Shown: one piece after another, positions 30,021-39,962 of the stretch
Numbering within the stretch: the stretch's first letter is position 1
Layout of the letters: each line of letters starts with the position of its first letter
Assembly: GCA_963832165.1 (NCBI GenBank)
Contig: CAWHTE010000001.1
Span: forward strand, 736,001-800,000
DNA: 64,000 nt
Direction: 5' to 3'
Source: an uncultured delta proteobacterium
GTDB lineage: Bacteria > Myxococcota_A > UBA9160 > SMWR01
The notes under the pieces: generated by a model
What the model saw: the letters and a program-made list of their open reading frames with translations, nothing else
Database searches by the model: none
Told to the model about the DNA's origin: nothing
Program-made: the position numbers and the translations under genes

Positions 30021-30419
30021 GTGATCCAGATCGGCGACTCCGCGGAGGCGAGCATCACCGTAGAGCACAGCGACACCGCCGCGGTGATCGCGATCGCGCC
30101 GGAGGACTCGTTCCCGGCGGTGTTCTCGACGTCGCGCATGATCGCGCTCATGGAGCTCGCTGCGGCGCGCGCGCTGCGGCCGATGCTCCAGCCCGAGCAG
30201 CTCTCGGTGGGTGTGTCGCTCGCGGTGGAGCACCGCGCGGCGACGCCTGTCGGCGGCCATGTGCGCGCTGTGGCCACCTATCTGCGGCCCGAGGGAAAGC
30301 TCTTCCGCTTCAAGGTGGAGGCGTTCGACGACGCGGGCCCGATCGGCGACGGCGAGCACGTGCGCGCGATCGTCGCGACCGAGCGCCTGATGGCGGGCGC
30401 GGCGAAGCGAAAGCCCTGA
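30021..30419 (+). CDS. FlK-like hot-dog thioesterase
   Basis: VFSTSRMIALME, SVG...EHRAATPVG, GEHVRAIV. Confidence 0.82.
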   Translation: MIQIGDSAEASITVEHSDTAAVIAIAPEDSFPAVFSTSRMIALMELAAARALRPMLQPEQLSVGVSLAVEHRAATPVGGHVRAVATYLRPEGKLFRFKVEAFDDAGPIGDGEHVRAIVATERLMAGAAKRKP

Positions 30420-30442
30420 TTCGGAATCCATAGGAGAATCCC

Positions 30443-30946
30443 ATGGCATTGTCTGCGGCGCACCAGCGCTTCCTGATCATCGAGCAAGGCGCGGTTCCCA
30501 CCGTGTTCAACTTCGCGCTCAACGGCGCGATCGCGTGGGCGCTCTTCCGGTCGGCGGCCGATGTGCCGCTCTGGGGCGAGTCGAGCCTCGGCGTCGATCT
30601 GATCGCGACGGGCTTTCTGCTGCCGTTCCTGACCTGCCTGATCGTGTCCGCGATCGTCGCGCGACACGTGCGCGATGGAAAGGTTCCGCCGCTGCGCGGG
30701 GACCAGCTGCCGAACACGCGCTGGTTCGAGCGCACGACCCTGCAGCGCGGGCTCGCGCTCGGCGCCGCCGGAGTCGTGTTCGCGGCGCTGCCGCTGGTCT
30801 GGGCGCTTCACCTCGCGCAGGCGCAGCCGCTCGCGGTGTACTCGTTCGTCACCTTCAAGGCAGTGTGGGCGGCGATGCTCGCACTGCTCGTGACGCCCGT
30901 GATCGGCTGGTGGGCCCTCGCGAACGCTTCGCGCGCGTCGGCCTGA
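30443..30946 (+). CDS. Hypothetical membrane protein (4 TM)
   Basis: AGGAG RBS; four hydrophobic segments. Confidence 0.7.
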   Translation: MALSAAHQRFLIIEQGAVPTVFNFALNGAIAWALFRSAADVPLWGESSLGVDLIATGFLLPFLTCLIVSAIVARHVRDGKVPPLRGDQLPNTRWFERTTLQRGLALGAAGVVFAALPLVWALHLAQAQPLAVYSFVTFKAVWAAMLALLVTPVIGWWALANASRASA

Positions 30947-30952
30947 TCCGCC

Positions 30953-31570
30953 CTACGAGTCGGCCTTGTCCTTGGCCCGCTGATACGCGTCGCGCGCCAT
31001 CATGCGCTCGAGATAGGGCACGAGGTGTTTCGTGTTCGCGAGGTGGTTGCGGCCGCTCGCGAACTCGAGCGCATACGCGAGCATCACGTCGGCGGCGCTG
31101 AACGAGTCGCCCGCCGCGAATGCGCGCCCCTCCATGTCGGAATCGATCCACTGGAGATAGCGCGAGAGCTCCTGGGTGAGCATCGGGCCGAGCGGGCCCG
31201 GGTCGACTCCGGGCACGATGCCCGACGTGAGCAGCAGATCCATCGTGAGCCAGGGCATCAGCGAGCCCTCGGCAAAATGGAGCCAGAACACGTACCGCGC
31301 CCAGGCCGGGTCGCTGTGGCTCGGAGCGAGGCGGCCGCGGCCGTGCCGTGTCACGAGGTAGTCGACGATCGCTCCCGACTCCGCGATCACGAGCTCGCCG
31401 TCGCGCATGATGGGGGACTTCCCGAGCTCGTGGATCTCGCGCATCTCGGGCGGAGCGCGGAACGTCGGATCGCGGTCGTAGCTGATGACCTGGTACTCGA
31501 CGCCGAGCTCCTCGAGCAGCCAGATGATCCGTTCGGAGCGCGAGTTCCGCAGGTGATAGACCGTGAGCAA
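30953..31570 (-). CDS. Glutathione S-transferase
   Basis: SRSERIIWLLEELG, HELGKSP, ESGAI, HFAEGS, FSAAD. Confidence 0.9.
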   Translation of the reverse strand: MLTVYHLRNSRSERIIWLLEELGVEYQVISYDRDPTFRAPPEMREIHELGKSPIMRDGELVIAESGAIVDYLVTRHGRGRLAPSHSDPAWARYVFWLHFAEGSLMPWLTMDLLLTSGIVPGVDPGPLGPMLTQELSRYLQWIDSDMEGRAFAAGDSFSAADVMLAYALEFASGRNHLANTKHLVPYLERMMARDAYQRAKDKADS

Positions 31571-31598
31571 GAACAGCCTCCGGAGGAGCGGCCGGATT

Positions 31599-32636
31599 CT
31601 ACCCGTCCAAGAGGATCACGCTGCGCCCAATCGTCTCGCGCCGGATCACTGCGTCGAAAGCAGTGGGCAGATCTGCAAAGGGGGCGCGCTGGCCGATCAC
31701 GGGCCGGATCGCGCCGCGCCGCAAGAGCCCTAACACCTGTTCGTGGATGCGCGCGCCGTCCTCGTGCGAGGGGAAGTTCCAGCCGCTCTGGCGGCGGACC
31801 GCGAGCGGGTCGTCCAGGTACGTCCAGCACACGCCGACGAGCGCGAAGTTGCCAAACAAGAGCGGGCGCGGTGTAAAGGTTGCTTCGTCCTCGGCTTCGA
31901 TCCCGGAGGCGAAGCCCAGCGAGAGCAGCCGGCCGCCGAACGCCATGCAGCGGAACGATTGGATCGTCACGTCGCCGCCGACCGAGTCGAACACGACGTC
32001 GACGCCGCGGCCGTCCGTCGCCTCGTTCACGAGGTCGGCGAAGGAGTCCTTGCGGTAGTTGATCGCGACGTCCGCCCCGAGCTCGCGGCACAGCGCGAGC
32101 TTCTCGTCGTTGCCCGCGGTCGCGAACACACGCGCGCCCGCCTGCCGCGCGAGCTGCACGGCGGCCGATCCGATCCCGCCTGCTGCCGCGTGGATCAGCA
32201 CGCTCTCGCCGCGCGCGAGCCGGCCGCGGTCGAAGAGCGAGAACCAGGAGAGATGGAACGGGAAGAAGATCGCCGCGGCCTCCGCGTCCGGGATGTCCTG
32301 GGGCATTTCGAACGCACACGCCGCGGGGCAGATCGCCTGCTCCGCATAGCCGCCGAATCCGCCGCCCGGGATCGCGCACACGCGCTTGCCCAGCCAGTCT
32401 TCGGCGCCCGCGCCCGCGGCGTCCACGCGCCCGAGCACCTCCATGCCCGGGATATAGGGCAGTGGAGGCCGGATCGTTAGGTAGCGGCCGAGGATGCCGT
32501 CGAGGTCGTTGTAGTTGAGGGTGATCGCCGACACCTGCACGCGGATTTCGCGCGCGCCCGGCTCCGGCGCCGGGACTTCTTCGAGGCGCAGCACGTCGCG
32601 CGGAGCGCCGTACTCGTGTAGCCGCCAGACCTTCAT
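31599..32636 (-). CDS. NADPH:quinone oxidoreductase (MDR family)
   Basis: PYIPGME, HAAAGGIG, GVDVVFDSVGG, GFASG. Confidence 0.88.
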   Translation of the reverse strand: MKVWRLHEYGAPRDVLRLEEVPAPEPGAREIRVQVSAITLNYNDLDGILGRYLTIRPPLPYIPGMEVLGRVDAAGAGAEDWLGKRVCAIPGGGFGGYAEQAICPAACAFEMPQDIPDAEAAAIFFPFHLSWFSLFDRGRLARGESVLIHAAAGGIGSAAVQLARQAGARVFATAGNDEKLALCRELGADVAINYRKDSFADLVNEATDGRGVDVVFDSVGGDVTIQSFRCMAFGGRLLSLGFASGIEAEDEATFTPRPLLFGNFALVGVCWTYLDDPLAVRRQSGWNFPSHEDGARIHEQVLGLLRRGAIRPVIGQRAPFADLPTAFDAVIRRETIGRSVILLDG

Positions 32637-32762
32637 CGCTCGTCCTCCTTCCGCTCGCCAAGCTGCTTTATAACCGGTACGTTCCTGCACGGCGACACAG
32701 GTCGGCGTCCCCCCCTTTGACTTCCCCTGCGATCGAAAACGATCGACGAGAAGGAGACTGGG

Positions 32763-33455
32763 ATGACGAAGTACGCAGCCGAGGCGCTCGGAACGTTCTG
32801 GCTCGTGCTCGGAGGATGCGGCAGCGCCGTGCTGGCGGCCGCGTTCGGAAACGTCGGCATCGGTCTGCTCGGCGTTTCACTCGCGTTCGGACTCACCGTG
32901 CTCACGATGGCGTACGCGATCGGACACATCTCGGGCTGCCACCTGAATCCCGCCGTGTCGGTGGGACTCTGGGCCGGCGGACGCTTCTCGGCCGCAGAGC
33001 TCCTGCCCTACATCGGGGCGCAGGTCGCGGGTGCGGTCGCCGCAGGCGCCGTGCTGTTCCTGATCGCGAGCGGCCGCGAGGGGTTCGACGTCGTGGCGAG
33101 CGGCTTTGCCGCGAACGGGTTCGGCGAGCACTCGCCCGGAGGTTATTCGCTCGCGGCGGCGTTCGTGTGCGAAGTCGTGATGACGATGATGTTCCTGGTC
33201 GTGATCCTGGGCGCGACCGATCCGCGCGCGCCGCAGGGGCTCGCGCCGATCGCGATCGGCCTCTGCCTCACGCTGATCCACCTGATCAGCATCCCCGTGA
33301 CGAACACGTCGGTGAATCCCGCGCGCAGCACGGGAGTGGCGCTGTTCGTGGGCGGCTGGGCGATCGGGCAGCTCTGGCTGTTCTGGATCGCGCCGATCGC
33401 GGGTGCCGTGCTCGGTGCCGTCACCTATCGCTTCGTCGGCAGCGCGGGGAAGTGA
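32763..33455 (+). CDS. aqpZ: Aquaporin Z
   Basis: Two NPA motifs ([12 protein letters not shown]); [14 protein letters not shown]. Confidence 0.95.
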   Translation: MTKYAAEALGTFWLVLGGCGSAVLAAAFGNVGIGLLGVSLAFGLTVLTMAYAIGHISGCHLNPAVSVGLWAGGRFSAAELLPYIGAQVAGAVAAGAVLFLIASGREGFDVVASGFAANGFGEHSPGGYSLAAAFVCEVVMTMMFLVVILGATDPRAPQGLAPIAIGLCLTLIHLISIPVTNTSVNPARSTGVALFVGGWAIGQLWLFWIAPIAGAVLGAVTYRFVGSAGK

Positions 33456-33694
33456 CCGACGCGCAGAGGGAGCGCGCCGAACAGACCTGGGAGCTCGTGG
33501 TGCACGACGCGCCATCGCGCGACGTGATCGCGGCGCTGCGCCGCGTGCTGCGCGTGAAGAAGAGCGAGATCCACCGCGTGTCGAGCGCACTGCCGGGCGT
33601 GGTCCGGCGCGGTGCGCGCGTCGATCTCGCCGGGTACGAGGCGCAGCTGCGCGAGGCCGGCGTGCACTGCGAGCTGCGCCGACGCGAGGTCTGA
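33452..33694 (+). CDS. Small hypothetical protein (80 aa)
   Basis: GTGA overlap with aqpZ; fills the gap to the next gene; GC-ending codons. Confidence 0.55.
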   Translation: MTDAQRERAEQTWELVVHDAPSRDVIAALRRVLRVKKSEIHRVSSALPGVVRRGARVDLAGYEAQLREAGVHCELRRREV

Positions 33695-33709
33695 TAGGAT
33701 CCGAGCGCG

Positions 33710-34129
33710 ATGGCCGAGTCGGTTCTCAGCGGGCGCTGCATGTGCGGCGACGTGCGCTTCGAGGTGCACGGAAAGCCCGGGCCCGTGGCCTACTGCCACT
33801 GCAAGCGGTGCCAGCGCGCCAACGGCAGCGCGTTCGCCGCGAACGCGCCCGTGCGCGCGCGCTACCTGAAGTGGCTCTCGGGGCGCGATGGGATTCGCGA
33901 GTACGAGTCCTCGCCGGGAAAGTTCCGAGCGTTCTGCTCGCGCTGCGGATCGCCGATCTACAGCCGAATGGCGAGCGACCCGGAGACGTTCCGGATCCGG
34001 CTCGGCGTGGTCGACGGAGATCCGGGGCGCCGCGCGTTCGCGCACTTCTGGGTGTCCGAGAAGGCGCCCTGGCACGAGATCACCGACGATCTTCCGCAGT
34101 ATCCCGAGGGCACGATTCCCGACACCTGA
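33710..34129 (+). CDS. GFA (CENP-V) family protein
   Basis: GRCMCG, CHCKRCQR, FCSRCGS. Confidence 0.9.
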   Translation: MAESVLSGRCMCGDVRFEVHGKPGPVAYCHCKRCQRANGSAFAANAPVRARYLKWLSGRDGIREYESSPGKFRAFCSRCGSPIYSRMASDPETFRIRLGVVDGDPGRRAFAHFWVSEKAPWHEITDDLPQYPEGTIPDT

Positions 34130-34144
34130 CGTGTGCGCGGCTGG

Positions 34145-35935
34145 TCACAGCAGCGCGAGCTGCTCGCCGCCCGGACGCCGGAACGCCGCCGTCGAGAGCT
34201 CGACCGGGTTCTCGTTCACGCCCGCGCGCCGGCACGCGAGCTCGAACAGATCCGCGATCTGATCGGCGAACACGCCCTCGCCGCGCTGGCGAGTGAAGAA
34301 ACGCGAGTCGTAGCGGCGGCCGCCGCGCATCGACCGGATCCGGCTCATCACCTTCGCCGCGCGGTCGGGGAAGTGGCGCGCGAGCCAGGCCTCGAACAGG
34401 TCCGCGACGCCGTGCGGCAGGCGCAGCACGATCGGCCGCACCGTGCGCGCGCCCGCGCGCGCGGCTGCGGCGACGAGCGCGGGGATCTCGCTGTCGGTGA
34501 GGCCGGGCACGATCGGCGCCACCATCACGCCGACCGGAATGCCCGCGTTCGCGAGCGCCTCGACCGCGCGCAGGCGCTCGTGCGGCGGCGACGCGCGCGG
34601 CTCCATCGCGCGGCGCACCGCGTCGTCGAGGCTCGTGATCGAGACGTTCACGGCCGCCGCGCCGTGCTCGGCGAGCTCGCGCAACAGATCGATGTCGCGC
34701 GTCACGAGCCCGCTCTTGGTGATGATCGCGACCGGGTTGCGGTACTTCGCGAGCACCGTGAGGCAGCCACGCGTGATCCGCAGCCGGCGCTCGACGGGCT
34801 GGTACGGATCCGTCACGCCCGCGATCGCAATCACCTCGGGCTCCCAATTCGGCGAGCGCAGCGCCTTCTCGAGCAGCGCGGGCGCATCTTCCTTCACGAG
34901 GATGTGGGTCTCGAAGTCGAGCCCGGCGGAGAGGCCGAGATACTCGTGCGTGGGGCGCGCATAACAGTTGTGCGTGGCGAGTCCCGCCGCGTAGAACGTC
35001 CGCGTCGAGGTCTGGATGTCCACCACGTCGCGCACGGGGCCGGGCTCGATCGCCTCGATCGGCTCGGGGTCGAGCGTGGGCATGATTCCAAAGATCGCGT
35101 TGCGTTGCGGGCGATGGTCAAGTTGCGACATCGACGCCAAAAGTCCGTAGATAGCCTCGAAGACGTTCGAGCGGCTCCATGTCGACGAGCGCTACCCGCC
35201 AATAGGCAACGGGGAACCCCCTTCCGCTTCGCCAACCCGGTTGGTAGCGAAACGTCCCGTCCCCAAGCGTCATTCCAGCGACGTACCCGATGCGGTAATC
35301 GTCGTCGACGTACTCATGCCCGACGACTGGCATGTAACGCAGAGTCTCCGGGAGCGAGCTGATCCGTACGCGACCAACGAAAATCTCGATCCTGAAGCCA
35401 GCGGTGCTCGCCTGTTGTCACCACCTCTGTGTTGCGCGTGGTGAGCCGTCTCGTGGCTTTCCGTGACCACCAGATGCCTTCGACACGCGCGCGACGAAGC
35501 TTCCTGCGCGATGACCGTGGGGCGCGGGAACTCGTCGAAGGCAATCGAGTTCGTCTCCGATTCGAAGTTCTCCGATCGGTCGCCAGACCATGTCCGCGCC
35601 GAGCACTGGCGTGTCAGGTGATGTACAGTAGAACAGCCGTGCTCGCATCCGCGATACGGATTGATGCTCACGTCGAAGCCGATGTCGGGGCTCTCGTTGC
35701 GCGCGAGCAGCGTGCGTGACGGGTCGCGGTAGTAGCGCGTGCGCAGCGGGTTGGTGCGCGCGCCGTCGACGTCGTCGGGTGCATCGTCGACGAAGTCGGG
35801 GTCTTCGGCGTACGCGAGCCGCTCGAAGCGGTTCGCGGGGCTCTCGGCGCTGCCGCGCGCGACCAGGCGGCCCCGATCGGTCGGGGCCGAAACGCGCGCG
35901 AGGGGTCGTTTGGGTGCTTCGCCGGGGTCGCTCAC
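34145..35935 (-). pseudogene. PA0069/Rv2578c-family radical SAM gene, intein-interrupted and frameshifted as sequenced
   Basis: The N-extein ends [12 protein letters not shown]. The C-extein reads CYARPTHEYLGLSAGLDFET...TDPYQPVER...MEPRA...APIVPGLTD. At least five frame breaks lie between ~35120 and 35633. Confidence 0.85.
34967..35627 (-). mobile_element. Intein with a truncated LAGLIDADG homing-endonuclease remnant
   Basis: Block [13 protein letters not shown]...[10 protein letters not shown]; block [22 protein letters not shown]; blocks F/G VVDIQTSTRTFYAAGLATHN|C; visibly lower GC than the flanks. Confidence 0.9.
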
Positions 35936-35979
35936 AAGGGCGAAAGTAGGGCGAAAACAGGGCCCGGGTCAAGCCCCTG

Positions 35980-36729
35980 CTACCACTGCCCGCCGTCGAT
36001 CCGGAACACCTCGCCCGTGATCCACGCCGCGTCGTCGGAGGCGAGGTAGACGGCGAGCTGGCCGACCTCGTCGGGGCTGCCCATGCGCCGCATCGGGATC
36101 GACTTCACGATCGCCTCACCGTGCGCGGAGACGAGCCCGTCGCCCATGTCGGTGGCGATCAGTCCTGGTGCGATCACGTTGCAGCGGATGTTATGTCGCG
36201 CATTCTCGCGCGCGGCCATGATCGTGAGCGCGTTCACGGCGGCTTTGGAGGCGACGTAGGGACCGCCGTTCGCGCCGCATGCGTCGGCCGCGATCGACGA
36301 CACGGTGAGGATCACACCGCCGTGGCCCTCGCGCAGCACGGGGATCGCCGCGCGCAGCGTGAAGAAGACGCCGTTCAGGTCGATGTCGAGCACGCGCTGC
36401 CAGTAGCTGACCTCGACCTGTTCGAGCGGCTCGAAGCGCGTCGGTACGCCCGCATTCGCGACGACGGTGTCGAGGCCGCCGAGCGCGTCGCGTGCCCCGT
36501 GCACCATGGCGGCTACCGCGTTGGCGTCGCGCACGTCGGCCGCGAACGCGAACGCGCGACGGCCCTTCGCCTCGATCGCTTTCACGGTCGCCTCGGCCGC
36601 CGCGACCTCGCGCCGGTACCCGATCGCCACGTCGGCGCCCGCGTCCGCGAATGCGAGCGCGATGCCGCGCCCGATTCCGCGCGAGGCGCCCGTGACGAGC
36701 GCGCGCCGCCCTTCGAGCTTGCCGCTCAC
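35980..36729 (-). CDS. SDR family oxidoreductase (FabG-like)
   Basis: TGASRGIG, ANAG, YVASK, NVIAPGLIATDM. Confidence 0.9.
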   Translation of the reverse strand: MSGKLEGRRALVTGASRGIGRGIALAFADAGADVAIGYRREVAAAEATVKAIEAKGRRAFAFAADVRDANAVAAMVHGARDALGGLDTVVANAGVPTRFEPLEQVEVSYWQRVLDIDLNGVFFTLRAAIPVLREGHGGVILTVSSIAADACGANGGPYVASKAAVNALTIMAARENARHNIRCNVIAPGLIATDMGDGLVSAHGEAIVKSIPMRRMGSPDEVGQLAVYLASDDAAWITGEVFRIDGGQW

Positions 36730-37460
36730 TTCGCCTCCACCTGAACCAGCGGCAGCGCCAGCGCGGGGTGCGGACCCTCGGGCAGCGCGAGCCGGTGTGC
36801 CGCCGCGAGCTCGAGCGCGATCGGACCCTCGTCGGCGTCGGGCTGCACGCGCACCGCGATGCGAAGCGGCGAGTCGGGCCAGCGGAACACCAGGCGATCG
36901 CGCTCGCGCGCGAGCGCGCCGCCGAGCAGAGCCTGCCACTGGCGCAGCGCGCGCTCTTCGCTGCGCGAGGACAAGAACAGGCCCACCACCTGCACGGGCT
37001 CCGGCGCAGCGCGCGTCGCCGGATACGGTGGACGCGATTCGTCGCTGTCGTCCTCGAGCTCGGGGTGCGACTCCGCGAGCTGCACGACGATCCCCTGCGC
37101 CTGCTTCGGGTGCAGGAACGCTTCCTTCCAGCTCGGTGAGCGATCGTCGATGCCGACCGGCTCGTAGCCGAGTGCGCGCGCGCGGCCGATCGCGGCATGG
37201 AGATCCGGCACTTTGAACGTCACGTGGTGGGGGCCCGCGCCGCGCGCGGCGATGAACCGGTGCAGGAAGCCGCCCTGCGGCCCGTGCGGAACGATGATCT
37301 CGATCGCGCCGCCGCCCGCGAACTCCCACTGCCACAGCACGAAGGCGTGCGCGGTACCCGATCCGCGCTCTCGGCCGCCGAGATGCCCCGCGAGCAGCTC
37401 CGCGACGGGAGCGATGTCGGGCACGCCGAACGCGATGTGATCCAGCTTCGCTTCCACCAC
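36726..37460 (-). CDS. VOC/glyoxalase family protein
   Basis: LDHIAFGV, GPHHVTFKV, WKEAFLHPKQAQGIVVQLAE. Confidence 0.8.
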   Translation of the reverse strand: MVEAKLDHIAFGVPDIAPVAELLAGHLGGRERGSGTAHAFVLWQWEFAGGGAIEIIVPHGPQGGFLHRFIAARGAGPHHVTFKVPDLHAAIGRARALGYEPVGIDDRSPSWKEAFLHPKQAQGIVVQLAESHPELEDDSDESRPPYPATRAAPEPVQVVGLFLSSRSEERALRQWQALLGGALARERDRLVFRWPDSPLRIAVRVQPDADEGPIALELAAAHRLALPEGPHPALALPLVQVEAK

Positions 37461-37543
37461 GGCGCCTTACGGTAGCAAGCCCACCCGTCCGAACTTCGCT
37501 CGGCTTCGCCCTTCTTCGCTGCGCGCCCTTCGGGCGCTTGCGT

Positions 37544-39952
37544 TCAGTCGATCAGCCCTGCGCGGCGGCTCGCCGCGAGCGCTTCGACGGCGTCGATGCG
37601 CCGCAGCGTCGACCGGATCTGGTCCGCGAACAGGCGACGCCACTGCTCGATCTCGGGCTCGGTGGACCGCACGAGTCCGCGGTTGTCGGCGAGCTTGAGG
37701 GCCGACTCGAAGAGCACCTTCGAAACGGATTCCCCGCTGTGGATGCGGCGCTGGAGGTAGTACTGCCGCCCTAGCCCGAGGCAGGAGTCGATGAAGCCGC
37801 GGTCGTCGACCACCGTGCCCGCCGGAGTCTGCGCGAGGCGATCGGCCACGACCCGATACGCCTCGAGGAACGGCCGCAGCACGCGGTGCGCAGTGAACGG
37901 GCGCGAGCGCTTGACCAGCTCGTGCGCGCCGTCGGCGCTGCGCGCGAGCACCTCCTCCCAGTTCGGATCGAGCTCCGCGAGCTCGCGCCGCAGCTCGCCG
38001 CGGAACGTGTCGCGGTCTTCGAAGAAGAACTCGAACTTGAGCAGGTCGCGCAGCTGCATCGCCGCGCGCCAGAAGGCCGCGACGCGGTCGTCGTGCTCGC
38101 CGGCCTCGGCCGCCTCGATGAGCGCGAGCTCGACGATCGCGTCATCGACGAAGAAGTGGATCACCGAGTTGCGGTAGTAGGCGGCCGCGAGCTCGCGCTG
38201 CGGGCCGATCCGATACACCACCTCGCTGCCCTCGGCGAACCGGTCGACCACCTCGTTGGCCGCGAGCGCATCGAGCACGCGCGCGACTCCCTCCTCGGTC
38301 TCGAGCTCGGCGAGGCCCGTGTTCGGCAGGTCGCGCCGAGCGACGTCGTGGAGCAGGTTCTTGAGGCGCACCATCACGCCGGGCACCGTCTGCGCGACCC
38401 CGCCCGTGCCGAGCAGCGCGAGCGTCACGAGCGAGACCGGTGTGATCGGCGTGACGGCGTTGATGCGCACGCACACTTCGAAGGCGAGCTTCTGCAGCGA
38501 GAGGTCGCGCTCGTCGGGATCGGGCTTCGCGCCGGGGTCGGGCGGACCGAGCGCCTTCGCGAGCGAGACCGGCTCGCCGAAGTCGATCTGGATCGCGCCG
38601 TACGGGCGGCGCAGGCGGCGCAGGAAGCCCAGGAACCAGCCGAAGCCCTCGCGCTGCTTCTTTCCGCCGAGATGCTCGTGCGCGTAGTCCTGGACTTCGG
38701 AGATCTGGTCGTAGGCGATCGAGACCGGGATCAGCGCGACGTCGTCGGCTTTGCCGCGCCGATACGAATCCACCACGTAGGCGAGCAGGCCGAAGCGCGG
38801 CGGCAAGAGCTTTCCCGACCGCGAGCGGCCACCCTCGATGTACCACTCGAGCGCGAAGCGCTTCTCGATCAGGTAGTCGATGTACTGGCGCAGGACGAAC
38901 TTGTAGACCTCGTTGTCCTTGAACGAGCGCCGGATGAAGAACACGCCGCTGCGCCGCCCGAGCGGTCCGAGCGGGAAGAAGTTCATGTTGATGCCGCCGG
39001 CCGTGTGATTCGGCGGGTGGCCGTTCTCGTGCAGCATGTACTGCAGCACGAGGTGATCGAGGTTCGACTTGTGCGTGGGCAGGAACACCACGGACTGGCG
39101 CTGCGCGAGCGCGCCGATGCGGTCGAGCTTGGCGGGGTCGTAGCGCAGGACCGGCGCGTAGCCCTGCGTGTACCAGCGCCGGATCAGCCGCGCCATCAGA
39201 TCGATCGCGAACGTGCTGTGGGTGGCGGCGATCTCGCGCAGATAGCGCGCCGCCTCGCGCGTGACGCGCGCCTCGCTCTTGCCGGTCTCGCGCGCGAGCT
39301 GCGCGACACCGCCGCGGAACGCGGGCCGCGCGAGGATGTCCTCGTGCACGAGGCGCGGCACCTTGTAGCGCGCGCCGCGCAGGCGGCGTTCGGCGCGCTC
39401 GAGCGCGAGCGCGGCCTGGCGCGCCACGAACTCGGCGAAGCCCGTGGTCTCGCCGAGCGCGCCGCCCATCGCGTGCCGCCAGCGCTGGCGCAGCTCGCTC
39501 GCGGGCGCGGGCTCGCCCGCGACGATGCGGCAGCGGTCGAGCTCGCGCCGCGCGATGAAGCGCTGGCGCACCGCGTTGGGATCGCGCGGGTCGCCGAGCC
39601 GCAAGAGATCGGACAGGCGCGCGCTGCGCTCGCCGTCCACCTTGCGCGGAAGCCACGCGACGCGCAGCGGCGCCAGCAGCGGGTCTCCGGGCGCCGCGAG
39701 CAGGGCGTCGAGCTTGGCCAGCGAGACGCGGCGCGTGCGGCGGCGCGACGGCGGGATGTCGAGCGCGTCCCAATTCTGGGTGCTCGTCGTCTCGGGGGAG
39801 TTCGTCTCGGGGGAGTTGCGCGCGATCCACGCCAGCAGGAGCCGGCGCTCGAACGCGCTCGACGCGTCGAGCAGGAAGACCACCCGCTCGCGCGCGCTGC
39901 CGGGCAGCGGCCACGGCGGCTCGTCGCGATGCGGGGTCTGGGCGGGCGCCAC
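37544..39952 (-). CDS. plsB: Glycerol-3-phosphate acyltransferase (PlsB type)
   Basis: HKSNLD (HX4D), GVFFIRRSF, EGGRSRSGKLLPP, PVSIAYD, YYRN. Confidence 0.85.
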   Translation of the reverse strand: MAPAQTPHRDEPPWPLPGSARERVVFLLDASSAFERRLLLAWIARNSPETNSPETTSTQNWDALDIPPSRRRTRRVSLAKLDALLAAPGDPLLAPLRVAWLPRKVDGERSARLSDLLRLGDPRDPNAVRQRFIARRELDRCRIVAGEPAPASELRQRWRHAMGGALGETTGFAEFVARQAALALERAERRLRGARYKVPRLVHEDILARPAFRGGVAQLARETGKSEARVTREAARYLREIAATHSTFAIDLMARLIRRWYTQGYAPVLRYDPAKLDRIGALAQRQSVVFLPTHKSNLDHLVLQYMLHENGHPPNHTAGGINMNFFPLGPLGRRSGVFFIRRSFKDNEVYKFVLRQYIDYLIEKRFALEWYIEGGRSRSGKLLPPRFGLLAYVVDSYRRGKADDVALIPVSIAYDQISEVQDYAHEHLGGKKQREGFGWFLGFLRRLRRPYGAIQIDFGEPVSLAKALGPPDPGAKPDPDERDLSLQKLAFEVCVRINAVTPITPVSLVTLALLGTGGVAQTVPGVMVRLKNLLHDVARRDLPNTGLAELETEEGVARVLDALAANEVVDRFAEGSEVVYRIGPQRELAAAYYRNSVIHFFVDDAIVELALIEAAEAGEHDDRVAAFWRAAMQLRDLLKFEFFFEDRDTFRGELRRELAELDPNWEEVLARSADGAHELVKRSRPFTAHRVLRPFLEAYRVVADRLAQTPAGTVVDDRGFIDSCLGLGRQYYLQRRIHSGESVSKVLFESALKLADNRGLVRSTEPEIEQWRRLFADQIRSTLRRIDAVEALAASRRAGLID

Positions 39953-39962
39953 CGGGTAATTA

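Noticed and set aside
37494..37540. CTTCGCTCGGCTTCGCC...GCGCGCCCTTCGGGCGC, resembling the repeat modules
   Set aside because: Only short modules match, too degenerate to count as a full copy; it may be a relic
39788..39818. 15-bp tandem duplication in plsB (NSPET-NSPET)
   Set aside because: A two-unit in-frame duplication in a probable linker, with no sign of function
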